In this document: positions 27,728-35,832 of the stretch, one piece after another
How the letters are laid out: every line of letters starts with the position of its first letter
How positions within the stretch are numbered: position 1 is the first letter of the stretch
Source of the DNA: Candidatus Sulfotelmatobacter sp.
GTDB taxonomy: Bacteria; Acidobacteriota; Terriglobia; Terriglobales; Acidobacteriaceae
Reading direction: 5' to 3'
Assembly: GCA_030038125.1 (NCBI GenBank)
Contig: JASHPL010000454.1
Coordinates: 2,261 to 66,260 of the forward strand
DNA: 64,000 nt
The notes under the pieces: generated by a model
The model's database searches: none
Seen by the model: the letters and a program-made list of their open reading frames with translations, nothing else
What the model was told of the DNA's origin: nothing
Program-made: the position numbers and the translations under genes

Positions 27728-29383
27728 TTACACTCCCACGGGAAAGGGCTTGGTGTGATTGGTAGTGCGCAGCGAAGCTCTCGCGAAACGCCCCTGCAGC
27801 AGCGACATGAGCCCGGTGTACCAATAGCCAACCACAAATAGCATCAGGAACGGCACCGTGATGTAATTCTCATTCTCCAGCGCGTAATACACGGTCATGG
27901 CGAAGTAAGCCCCGATCAGCATTTCCAGCCAGGGAACCCATCCCAGCCGCTTGCGATACTTCGTTTTGCCTACTTTATCTTGCTTCGATTCCACGCGGTA
28001 TTTCGGCGTCCGCGCAAACGCGCTCTGCTTGCCGATCAGCGCCTCGACGACCGCCTTGGTGTTGGTAATCGTCAGCCCGATCCCGAGCGCCATCAGGACT
28101 GGCAGATACACCAGCGACCGGGGCCAGCTTCGCGGAAACAATTCCCGCTGCGATACCAGGTAGAAACTGGAAATCGAAAATGTCGATGCCATAAACAACG
28201 GCAAATCGATGTACAGCATCTGGAACCATCCCTGATAAAAGCGGATGATCATCGCCGGCAGCAGCAGCACCGAAAGCATAATCATCAGGGGATAGCTGAT
28301 GTTCGCCGTCAGGTGATACCAGGCCTCGATCTTGGTATGCAGCGACGCATCGCTGCGCAGCACGCGCGGCAAAATCTTTTTTCCCGTCTGAATCAGCCCC
28401 TTGGCCCAACGCGCTTGCTGGGTTTTGAAAGCGGTCATTTCCACCGGCAACTCCGCCGGACACTCCACGTCCTGCAGATAAATAAACTTCCATCCCTTCA
28501 ATTGCGCGCGATAGGAGAGGTCGGTATCTTCGGTTAACGTATCGTGCTGCCAGCCTCCGGCTTCGTCGATGGCTTTTCGGCGCCACATTCCTGCTGTGCC
28601 GTTGAAGTTGAAAAACAATCCGGTGCGCGCCCGGCCGGAATGCTCCAGCACGAAGTGCCCATCGAGCAGGATCGCCTCGACCTCGGTCAGGAATGAATAA
28701 TTGCGGTTGATGTGCGTCCAGCGTGTCTGCACCATGCCGATCTTCGGATCGGTGAAGTGATGAATCGTGCGCAGCAGAAAATCCTCGGGCGGTGTGAAGT
28801 CCGCGTCGAAAATGGCGACAAATTCTCCCTTGGCCGTCTTCAATCCCTCGGCGAGCGCACCCGCCTTGAATCCCACCCGGTTGCTGCGATGGTGATAGGT
28901 TACCGGATGACCCAGCGCCACATAGCGTTCCACCAACGACCGTGCCACCTCCACAGTCTCATCAGTGGAATCATCGAGCACCTGGATGTCAAGCTTATCC
29001 TGCGGATATTTCAGCTTGCAGGCCGCGTCCAGCAGACGCTCCACGACGTACTGCTCGTTGAAGATCGGCAGCTGCACCGTCAGCCGAGGCAGTTCGTCAA
29101 AATGTGCCGCCGGGTCGGTTGTCCGGTTCCTGCGATGCTTGTAGTAGAGATAAACCAGGATGTAGCGGTGTACGCCGTATCCCGCCAGCAGGATCAGCAC
29201 GATGAAGTACGGAATTAACAGCATCAGATCGAACGCATTCGCGTGATACAGCCCGCGAAAGGTCGTATCCAGAAAATGCTGCCGAATATACGGACCAATC
29301 CCCCTCGGCCCCGCCCACGCGGCCAACGTCGCAGACCCGTTTATCGAAGACAAGAGATCGAAACCCAAAGCGCTGCCTGTCAA
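27728..29383 (-). CDS. processive family-2 glycosyltransferase, CslA/CslC-like beta-glycan synthase (multi-TM)
   Basis: 551 aa. 'QLPIFNEQYVVERLLDAACKLKYP...IQVLDDSTDET' (DxD), 'FDADF', 'FNFNGTAGMWRRKAIDEAGGWQHDTLTEDTDLSYRAQLKGWKF' (TED), 'QQARWAKG' (QxxRW). TM helices at both ends. TTG start; the true start may be further downstream. Confidence 0.85.
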   Translation of the reverse strand: MTGSALGFDLLSSINGSATLAAWAGPRGIGPYIRQHFLDTTFRGLYHANAFDLMLLIPYFIVLILLAGYGVHRYILVYLYYKHRRNRTTDPAAHFDELPRLTVQLPIFNEQYVVERLLDAACKLKYPQDKLDIQVLDDSTDETVEVARSLVERYVALGHPVTYHHRSNRVGFKAGALAEGLKTAKGEFVAIFDADFTPPEDFLLRTIHHFTDPKIGMVQTRWTHINRNYSFLTEVEAILLDGHFVLEHSGRARTGLFFNFNGTAGMWRRKAIDEAGGWQHDTLTEDTDLSYRAQLKGWKFIYLQDVECPAELPVEMTAFKTQQARWAKGLIQTGKKILPRVLRSDASLHTKIEAWYHLTANISYPLMIMLSVLLLPAMIIRFYQGWFQMLYIDLPLFMASTFSISSFYLVSQRELFPRSWPRSLVYLPVLMALGIGLTITNTKAVVEALIGKQSAFARTPKYRVESKQDKVGKTKYRKRLGWVPWLEMLIGAYFAMTVYYALENENYITVPFLMLFVVGYWYTGLMSLLQGRFARASLRTTNHTKPFPVGV

Positions 29384-29564
29384 AAACGCTCCATTTTACC
29401 GGATTCCGCTGTGTCTGCCCGCCCCGGGGTTCAGGAGCACCGTGGAAAGCCTAAATTACTGAGCCTATTACGGGAATTCTCGGATGCATCCGTCGGAGCA
29501 GAATTTCCAACCAGCAAGAATTAAGACCGCTCCAATCTACCTCTTCCTCACGATGCGGTCGATT

Positions 29565-29593
29565 GTTAAAACAAGGCGGGGCGCTACCCCGCC
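29565..29593 (-). terminator. intrinsic-terminator-like hairpin on the minus strand, in the leader region of the GT2 gene
   Basis: All-GC 7-bp stem (forward GGCGGGG 29575-29581 / CCCCGCC 29587-29593, loop CGCTA). On the minus strand it is followed by TTGTTTTAA. Confidence 0.4.
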
Positions 29594-29644
29594 CTACACC
29601 CTCCGGTAACTTAATTCCGTCGGGGCTTTGCCGATAGCAATGGC

Positions 29645-30988
29645 ATGGACGGCCCTGGCTTGGAATCGCACTCCACCGATCTTCGCGCGCGCGCCGAAGC
29701 TGGCGCGAGAGCCTCTGCCGTCGATCGGCGCACGATCGAGCCGCGACGGGTGATGTGGGCAGTCGCCGAAGTTTCCTGGAACGACCCGAGCGGACACCCG
29801 CTCCGCAGCCGCGCCACCATTGTCGACCTCTCGACTTCCGGCGCCTGCATTCGTTTGAAAGACCCCATCCGCATCGGTTGTCGCCTCACGATCCGATGGC
29901 ATCGTGAGCAGTTTTCCGCGATCGCGCGTAATTGCCGCAGCGACGGAATGGATTTTCTGCTGGGTGTTCGCCGCGATCCATCCGCAAATGCTCTTCCGGC
30001 CGCCCCAGCTGCGGGACTGTCGAATCCAGCGGTGACATCCCAGCCAAACGTTGGTCCGAGCGAATCCGACGCAGCGCCTGACAAAAAAGATCGCAGCTCG
30101 GTCCACCAATCAGGATCGTTACCGCTACCCGTAGAAACGCTCGTCGCCCGAAATTCACCGCCGGTCCGCACCGGCGCGGCGCGCATTGCGACCCCAAGCC
30201 GAACTCTGGAAGCTGACGCGCGAAGGCGCCAGGTACCCGATTCGATGCGCGATCCTCCCGCCCAAGGCTCGTTGGTTGATACACCCGCTGCTCGTCGCGA
30301 AAGGAAAGTTATGCAACCCAAACGGCTCTTTCCCAATTTCTGGCGCCGCCAGCCGAATCCCGACGCGCCTAAACCAGTCGACTCTAAGGAGACTCCCGTG
30401 AACAAAACCAGTATTCATGCCGCCGAATCCGAGCTCGCGGTGCGAAGCACCCTGCTCTCCTACGAAGACATCTACCACGCCGCCGGCCTCATGAGCCCGC
30501 GCTCCGGATACGGCATTCACAAAGTGGTCGACATGCTCAACAGCGAACGCATTCGCGACCTGTCCAAAGAGATCAAGCGCGCCTCAGTGCTGATGGCACT
30601 CGACGCCGCCGGAGCCTCCGTCGACGAGTTGCTGCAGGACGCGAACCGGCGCCAGCACGCCTTGAACACGTACGAAGACGCGCAGCGCAAGCAGTTCGAC
30701 GATTTCGAGACCCGCAAAGCGCAAGAAAACGCCCAGATTCAGGCGGAAATCGAGCGCATCACAGCCCATTACGCCGAGCGTGTCCAGCAAAACAAAGATC
30801 TGGTGGCCAAGGAAAAAGAAGCCTTGCACAACTGGCAGATGGCGAAGCAGCACGAGATCCAGCGCATCAGCGAAGTCATCGAGCTCTGCGGTAAACAGGA
30901 TGCTATGGCCGCAGCCGCGGCCACAACCGGAGCTCAAGCCGCAACGGGTACGCCGCCGCGGCCGAACTCAACCTCCGAGACAAAGTGA
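29645..30988 (+). CDS. PilZ-like domain protein with low-complexity linker and C-terminal coiled-coil domain
   Basis: 447 aa. N-terminal 'DRRTIEPRRVMWAVAEVSW...RATIVDLSTSGACIRLKDPIRIGCRLTIRW...GMDFLLGVRR' fits the PilZ beta-barrel pattern (DxSxxG present, RxxxR imperfect). P/A/S/R-rich linker. C-terminal K/E/Q-rich heptad region (QRKQFDDFETRKAQENAQIQAEIERITAHYAERVQQNKDLVAKEKEAL). Confidence 0.6.
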   Translation: MDGPGLESHSTDLRARAEAGARASAVDRRTIEPRRVMWAVAEVSWNDPSGHPLRSRATIVDLSTSGACIRLKDPIRIGCRLTIRWHREQFSAIARNCRSDGMDFLLGVRRDPSANALPAAPAAGLSNPAVTSQPNVGPSESDAAPDKKDRSSVHQSGSLPLPVETLVARNSPPVRTGAARIATPSRTLEADARRRQVPDSMRDPPAQGSLVDTPAARRERKVMQPKRLFPNFWRRQPNPDAPKPVDSKETPVNKTSIHAAESELAVRSTLLSYEDIYHAAGLMSPRSGYGIHKVVDMLNSERIRDLSKEIKRASVLMALDAAGASVDELLQDANRRQHALNTYEDAQRKQFDDFETRKAQENAQIQAEIERITAHYAERVQQNKDLVAKEKEALHNWQMAKQHEIQRISEVIELCGKQDAMAAAAATTGAQAATGTPPRPNSTSETK

Positions 30989-31116
30989 GGCATCGATCGA
31001 TCCCGATTATCTAAAGATAGGAATTCACATCCAACGCGTGTGCCCGCCGCTTCTGACACTTGAAGCCATTGTTAGTGATAAAGTTTCTGGCAGGTCAGAT
31101 CCCGGCGAACAAGCCA

Positions 31117-31395
31117 ATGGCCGCCCGCATCGTGATGTTCACGCAATCCGGCTGTCTCTCCTGCGAGATGATGAGGGTTTTTCTTGAGGCCCGGCAGATT
31201 CCTTTTGAAGAGCGCAACATCACCGTCGATCTCGAGGCGCGCCGCGCCATGACCGAACAATACGACAGCTGTGAAACTCCAACGCTGGTCCTCTTTCTCG
31301 GGGCATCTGAGGAAGTCATCGTCGGCTTTGATCCGGACCGTCTTGACCACCTGCTCCGAGGCGCGCCATCATCGGATGCGGTGAACGAATCCTGA
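31117..31395 (+). CDS. glutaredoxin-family (NrdH/Grx-like) small redox protein
   Basis: 'IVMFTQSGCLSCEMMRVFLEARQIPFEERNITVD...ETPTLVLF...VIVGFDPDRLDHLL': CxxC (CLSC) after beta1, cis-Pro context TPT. The ATG at 31117 is preferred over the track start at 31060. Confidence 0.75.
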   Translation: MAARIVMFTQSGCLSCEMMRVFLEARQIPFEERNITVDLEARRAMTEQYDSCETPTLVLFLGASEEVIVGFDPDRLDHLLRGAPSSDAVNES

Positions 31396-31589
31396 ACTCT
31401 TCCCCGTCCAATCGCAGCCCATCTCATCCGCTCCGCGGAATCTTCTTCATCGCTTCTGCCGCATTTCTCTGGGGAGTTTCCGCCGCTCTCGGCCGGGCCG
31501 TCTTCACCGGCAAGCTACGGCTGACAGGCGAACTCGCGCATCCCATCGATCCACTCATTCTCTCCCAGACGCGCACATCATTTTCGCTT

Positions 31590-32372
31590 TTGGTCTTGAT
31601 CCCGCTCCTTGTCGCTCGGCGCGGATGGCAGCGCCTCAAACTTCCCTCCGCCGATCTGTTCCAGTGTCTCGTCCTGGGTATTTTGGGGGTTGCGGTTTCG
31701 AACTATTTCTACTATGTCGCCATTCAGAGAACGAGCGTCGCCATCGCGATCATCGTGCAATATACGGCTCCGGTTTGGGTTTTGTTTTATGTAGTAGCTC
31801 GCGGACAGCAGAAGCTCACAGTGCAGAGAGTCGCCGCCGTGGCCATCGCCATCACCGGAATTGCCCTCACCATTGGCATCGTCGGCGCCGGATCAGGGCT
31901 GCATCTTGACGCCTATGGCTTCTTCGCCGCCCTGCTCGCGTCGTTTTCGTTCGCTTTCTACAACGTCGGGGGCCATCGCATCCTGCTTCATCACGATCGC
32001 TGGCGCGTGCTGGTGTGGACCCTCGTTTCCGCCTCCGTTTTCTGGTTGTTCGTCAATCCTCCGTGGAAAATTACCGCTGCACACTACACCCTGGCGCAGT
32101 GGGTTTTCCTGTTCGTGTTTTCCATGATTTCGGTCATGGGATCATTTTCGCTTTACTTTCTTGGGCTCCAATATCTCGAGCCCTCCCGCGCCATCATCGC
32201 AAGTTGTCTGGAGCCCGTGTTTTCTATTGTGCTGGCTGCCGCCGCGCTAGGAGAAGGACTCCGTTCCATCCAAGTCGTGGGCATCGTCTTCGTGCTCTCG
32301 GCGATCGTGATCGTGCAACTGCCCGGACGCGGCGTGGTTTCTAAAGCTGTCGTAGTCGATCCGATCGAGTGA
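31590..32372 (+). CDS. EamA/DMT-family transporter (the N-terminal TM helix is encoded upstream of the first canonical start; see findings)
   Basis: Multi-TM protein with two EamA-like halves (e.g. 'AVSNYFYYVAIQRTSVAIAIIVQYTAPVWV', 'LQYLEPSRAIIASCLEPVFSIVLAAAALGE'). The same frame is open from 31347 and encodes 'LRGIFFIASAAFLWGVSAALGRAVF' before the TTG at 31590. Confidence 0.8.
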   Translation: MVLIPLLVARRGWQRLKLPSADLFQCLVLGILGVAVSNYFYYVAIQRTSVAIAIIVQYTAPVWVLFYVVARGQQKLTVQRVAAVAIAITGIALTIGIVGAGSGLHLDAYGFFAALLASFSFAFYNVGGHRILLHHDRWRVLVWTLVSASVFWLFVNPPWKITAAHYTLAQWVFLFVFSMISVMGSFSLYFLGLQYLEPSRAIIASCLEPVFSIVLAAAALGEGLRSIQVVGIVFVLSAIVIVQLPGRGVVSKAVVVDPIE

Positions 32373-32460
32373 AGCCGCAGCTTTTCTCGCCTGGCTTGAA
32401 AACGAGCCCTATAAGACAATCGCGCCAGTGAATTTCTGAACGCAGGATACTCACGCCAAA

Positions 32461-33645
32461 TTATGGCGCCGGCTCAGGTGGCTCGGTCACGGCTTGTGCC
32501 CCGTCACCGGCGACACAGACGTAAACTTGCGGATTGATTCCGGTTGCAGCGCGATAGCGGTCTGCGATCTGCGCGGCAAAATCCGCCACGTGTTCTTCAT
32601 GCACAAGATTGATGGTGCACCCTCCGAAGCCGCCGCCCGTCATTCGTCCGCCGATAAACCCGGGCAAGCCCTCAGCGGACTCGACCATGAGATCGAGTTC
32701 GCGGCAACTTACTTCGTATTGGTCCCGCAGGCTGCAATGCGATGCGCGCATGAGTTCTCCGATTTCCGCGAAGTCGCCGGCGGCGAGCGCGCGGGCAGCA
32801 GCCAGAGTTCGCTCATTTTCGTGGATCACGTGCGTGCATCGTTTCAGAATGATGGGAGGAAGATCGCGGGCGTGTTCATTCAGCAGATCGAGCGAAACGT
32901 CGCGCAGGGCACGGACGGTGGGATCCCATTTCATGAAATAACGCACGGCCTCTTCGCTCTCGGCACGGCGAGCATTGTAGCCACTGGTGGCCACTTCATG
33001 TTTGACCATCGTATTGCCGACAACCAGCTCGACTCCGCTGGGGATCGCTACAAACTGGTAGTCGAGCGTGCGGCAATCGAGAAGAATGGCTTGCCCCGAT
33101 TTGCCCATGCAGGAGACGAATTGGTCCATGATGCCAACGTGCGCGCCGACGAAATTGTTTTCCGCCTGGCGGCAAAGTTTGGCGATCTCCGGCAACGCGA
33201 GGTGCACTGTGCTTCGGCTCATCAGGGCCAATGCCGATGCAACTTCGATGGCGGCAGACGAACTCAGTCCCGCCCCAATGGGAACCTCCCCGTGAACCAG
33301 CAGATTCGCGCCGCCCAGCTTGAGCCCGCGTTGTTGCAGAGCCAGGGCCACGCCGAGAACGTAATCACACCATGAACCGATCCGTTGCCGGGGAAGATCA
33401 TCGAGATCGAATTCGAAATGGTCGGCGAATTGTTCGGAGTGGGTAACCAGCTTCCGATCGGGACGCCTGCCGACGGCAACATAGGTGGAAAAGCCGATGG
33501 CAGCGGGCATGACGAAGCCGTCGTTGTAGTCCGTGTGTTCGCCGATCAGGTTGACGCGTCCCGGAGCGCGAAAGATCTGCGGACGCGTTCCAAATACTTG
33601 TGCGAAATGATCCGCAATTTCGGAAGCTACCATCGGCTGTGCCAT
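32461..33645 (-). CDS. galK: galactokinase
   Basis: 394 aa. Galactokinase signature 'APGRVNLIGEHTDYNDGFVMPAAI'. GHMP ATP motif 'PIGAGLSSSAAIEVA'. C-terminal 'GGRMTGGGFGGCTINL'. Confidence 0.95.
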   Translation of the reverse strand: MAQPMVASEIADHFAQVFGTRPQIFRAPGRVNLIGEHTDYNDGFVMPAAIGFSTYVAVGRRPDRKLVTHSEQFADHFEFDLDDLPRQRIGSWCDYVLGVALALQQRGLKLGGANLLVHGEVPIGAGLSSSAAIEVASALALMSRSTVHLALPEIAKLCRQAENNFVGAHVGIMDQFVSCMGKSGQAILLDCRTLDYQFVAIPSGVELVVGNTMVKHEVATSGYNARRAESEEAVRYFMKWDPTVRALRDVSLDLLNEHARDLPPIILKRCTHVIHENERTLAAARALAAGDFAEIGELMRASHCSLRDQYEVSCRELDLMVESAEGLPGFIGGRMTGGGFGGCTINLVHEEHVADFAAQIADRYRAATGINPQVYVCVAGDGAQAVTEPPEPAP

Positions 33646-33843
33646 TTTATACGCCCCCGTTGTGGCAGGAAGGCCGGGGTTGGCGATGGTCTAACTGTTA
33701 ATCCTGACATCCTTAGTTCTGGATCTTCCTTCTCGCGGGACCGATGGTTTGGACTTGCTCAAAGTATCTGCCGGAGTTATCCCCGCCGCCGGCGCTCATT
33801 CTGTCGATGCATGAAGAGGCTTGAATCGACGCATCTTTGCTGC

Positions 33844-35082
33844 TCATTCGGACAACATGGCCAGCGTTTCCGCCAGCACCAGCGTGCCACGGGCGATGTC
33901 TTCAGGAGAAGCATACTCGTCCGGGCGATGGCTGTAGCCGTTCCGGCATGGGATGAAGAGCATTGCCATAGGGGCAATCCGCGACATGAACAGCGAGTCG
34001 TGATAGGCGCGGCTCGTCATAGGAAGAAAACGCAGGCCGTGTTTTTCGCAGGCTTGGCGCAGAGTTGCGACAATCTCCGGCCCCGATTCCGCAGGCGCAT
34101 CGGCATTCAGCAACTCAGAACGGATCGACACTTGCCGCTGTGCTGTCGTTTTGCGGCAAGCATCTTCCAGGTCTGCGATCACTCGATCGCGGCGCGCCAG
34201 GCTGGTGTCGCGCACATCGATTCCTAAACGGACTCTCGCCGGAATGCTGTTAATCGCCCCCGGGAAAACGTCACAGATCCCGACCGTCGCAACCGTGTCG
34301 ATGGCTCCGGTTGAACGAGCCGCATGTTCGAGCGCCAAGATCAGCTCCGCAGCCGCACACAGCGCATCCCGCCGATCCCGCATAAGTACGCCGCCGGCGT
34401 GCCCTCCCGAACCCTCCACGGTAACGTACAAGCTTGCGGGAGCGGCAATTTGCTCGACAATCCCCAATGGCTGGCGCTCGCGCTCCAGCACGGGTCCTTG
34501 CTCGATGTGAAGCTCGACGAAGGCTTTGTAATAGCCGGCAGGCAATTTCACTTCGCGCAGATCACCGGAGAATCCGGCTTTTCTGCGGACTTCTTCCACA
34601 GGTTGGCCATCTTTGTCGATCAACTTCGCGGCGGCATCGGCGGAGAGCGTTCCCGATAACAGGCGGCTGCCAAGGCATCCGACGCCGAAACGCGTTGGTT
34701 CTTCGGCGGTGAAAACCAGCAACTCGATGGAGTGCCTGGGACGAAAGCCAGCGCGCTGCAGCGCTCGAATCGCTTCCAGCCCCCCGAGCACACCCACGAC
34801 CCCGTCAAATTTCCCGGCGTTCGGGATGGCGTCGATGTGAGAGCCGGTTCCCACAGCGGGCGCCAGCGGATCCGAACCAATCCAGCGGGCAAAAGTATTG
34901 CCAATCGCGTCCTTGCGAATCGCCAGCCCCGCATCGCGGCACAATGATTTCATCCAGTCGCGAGCTTTCAGATCCGTAGGCGTGAAAACGATCCGGGTTA
35001 CCGCGGGCGCCTCGGCGTCAGAAAATTTCGACAGCGCTTCGATTTCCGAAATCAAACGTTCTTGATCGATCTTCAGGTTCAT
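33844..35082 (-). CDS. M20-family amidohydrolase (allantoate amidohydrolase / ureidoglycolate amidohydrolase family)
   Basis: 412 aa. 'GSHIDAIPNAGKFDGVVGVLGGLEAIRAL...ELLVFTAEEPTRFG' (metal-binding H/D/EE of AmaB/HyuC/AllC-type enzymes). Paralog of 35825-37081. Located in the purine cluster. Confidence 0.85.
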   Translation of the reverse strand: MNLKIDQERLISEIEALSKFSDAEAPAVTRIVFTPTDLKARDWMKSLCRDAGLAIRKDAIGNTFARWIGSDPLAPAVGTGSHIDAIPNAGKFDGVVGVLGGLEAIRALQRAGFRPRHSIELLVFTAEEPTRFGVGCLGSRLLSGTLSADAAAKLIDKDGQPVEEVRRKAGFSGDLREVKLPAGYYKAFVELHIEQGPVLERERQPLGIVEQIAAPASLYVTVEGSGGHAGGVLMRDRRDALCAAAELILALEHAARSTGAIDTVATVGICDVFPGAINSIPARVRLGIDVRDTSLARRDRVIADLEDACRKTTAQRQVSIRSELLNADAPAESGPEIVATLRQACEKHGLRFLPMTSRAYHDSLFMSRIAPMAMLFIPCRNGYSHRPDEYASPEDIARGTLVLAETLAMLSE

Positions 35083-35088
35083 AGAGAT

Positions 35089-35832
35089 TCATTGGGCGAA
35101 GCGCAGCGGATGCCGGTTCCAATCTTTGTAGATGAGATATTTTGCGGGCACCTTGCCGATGGCGCCGAACCATTGCGGACACCACGGCGCCATCCAGATG
35201 AAATCGCCAGCGCTGACCGGATACCACGAGTCGCCAAGCCGATAAATTCCGCCACCTTCGAGCATGAGCAAGCCGTGCTCCATCACGTGCATTTCGACCT
35301 GGCTGAGAGCGGCGCCGGGCTGATACACCATGGTATTCACGGCAAAATCAAAACTCATCTCGTCAGGCAGCAGCGAACGCACCTGCAAATCTGGATCGTC
35401 GTTCAACGGGTGTGGCGCAACCGAATCCTCTGTGGAAACGATTGGCTGAGGCGGACGGACCGAACTCAGCGCGCGATAAGGCTTTTCAATGACTGTAATC
35501 CGGCTGCTCGTCTTCGCCGAAACTCGGTGCGGCGTGGACTCGGGAATGTAGGCGTATCCCCCGCGACCGAGATTGTTTCTGTCGGCCTGCAACTCGAGGC
35601 AAATTGCGCCCTCGAGCACGTAGAGGAAGCGCTGCGCTGAGGTGCTTCCTAATTCGCCGCCGGTCTCGAACTCGGCGGTATATTGCGTGAAAGCCGCGCC
35701 CATGGCTGGACCGGCGTGTACAACCCCTGCACATTTCGTCATACCGGGAAGAGTTGTGCGCACGAAAGTGTCGGGCGTGAGCAGCAGGTGATTGCGCTGA
35801 TGGGAACTTCGGGTTTGACCGAGATTATGCAC
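35089..35832 (-). CDS. allE: (S)-ureidoglycine aminohydrolase-like bicupin
   Basis: About 247-259 aa with two cupin-like halves ('GGYAYIPESTPHRV', 'FIWMAPWCPQWFGAIG'). Sandwiched between two M20 amidohydrolases. The GTG at 35832 overlaps the upstream TAA (GTGCATAA); the track ORF extends to 35868. Confidence 0.75.
   Translation of the reverse strand: MHNLGQTRSSHQRNHLLLTPDTFVRTTLPGMTKCAGVVHAGPAMGAAFTQYTAEFETGGELGSTSAQRFLYVLEGAICLELQADRNNLGRGGYAYIPESTPHRVSAKTSSRITVIEKPYRALSSVRPPQPIVSTEDSVAPHPLNDDPDLQVRSLLPDEMSFDFAVNTMVYQPGAALSQVEMHVMEHGLLMLEGGGIYRLGDSWYPVSAGDFIWMAPWCPQWFGAIGKVPAKYLIYKDWNRHPLRFAQ

Noticed and set aside
29598-29665. Possible c-di-GMP-I (GEMM) riboswitch on the minus strand upstream of the hairpin (GGCAAAGCC... 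and CCGGAGGGUGUAGGGCGGGGUAGCG resemble fragments of the Vc2 aptamer as I remember it).
   Set aside because: The resemblance is limited to short fragments. I could not fold a convincing P1/P2 architecture with a tetraloop and receptor. The region overlaps the start of the divergent CDS. A covariance-model scan is needed before any claim.
29611-30405. 264-aa minus-strand ORF that would end just upstream of the terminator-like hairpin and could explain it.
   Set aside because: Its translation is R/S/G/A-rich with no domain-like segments. The opposite strand has a convincing PilZ-like barrel and coiled-coil protein. I treat it as an antisense artefact, so the hairpin remains unexplained.
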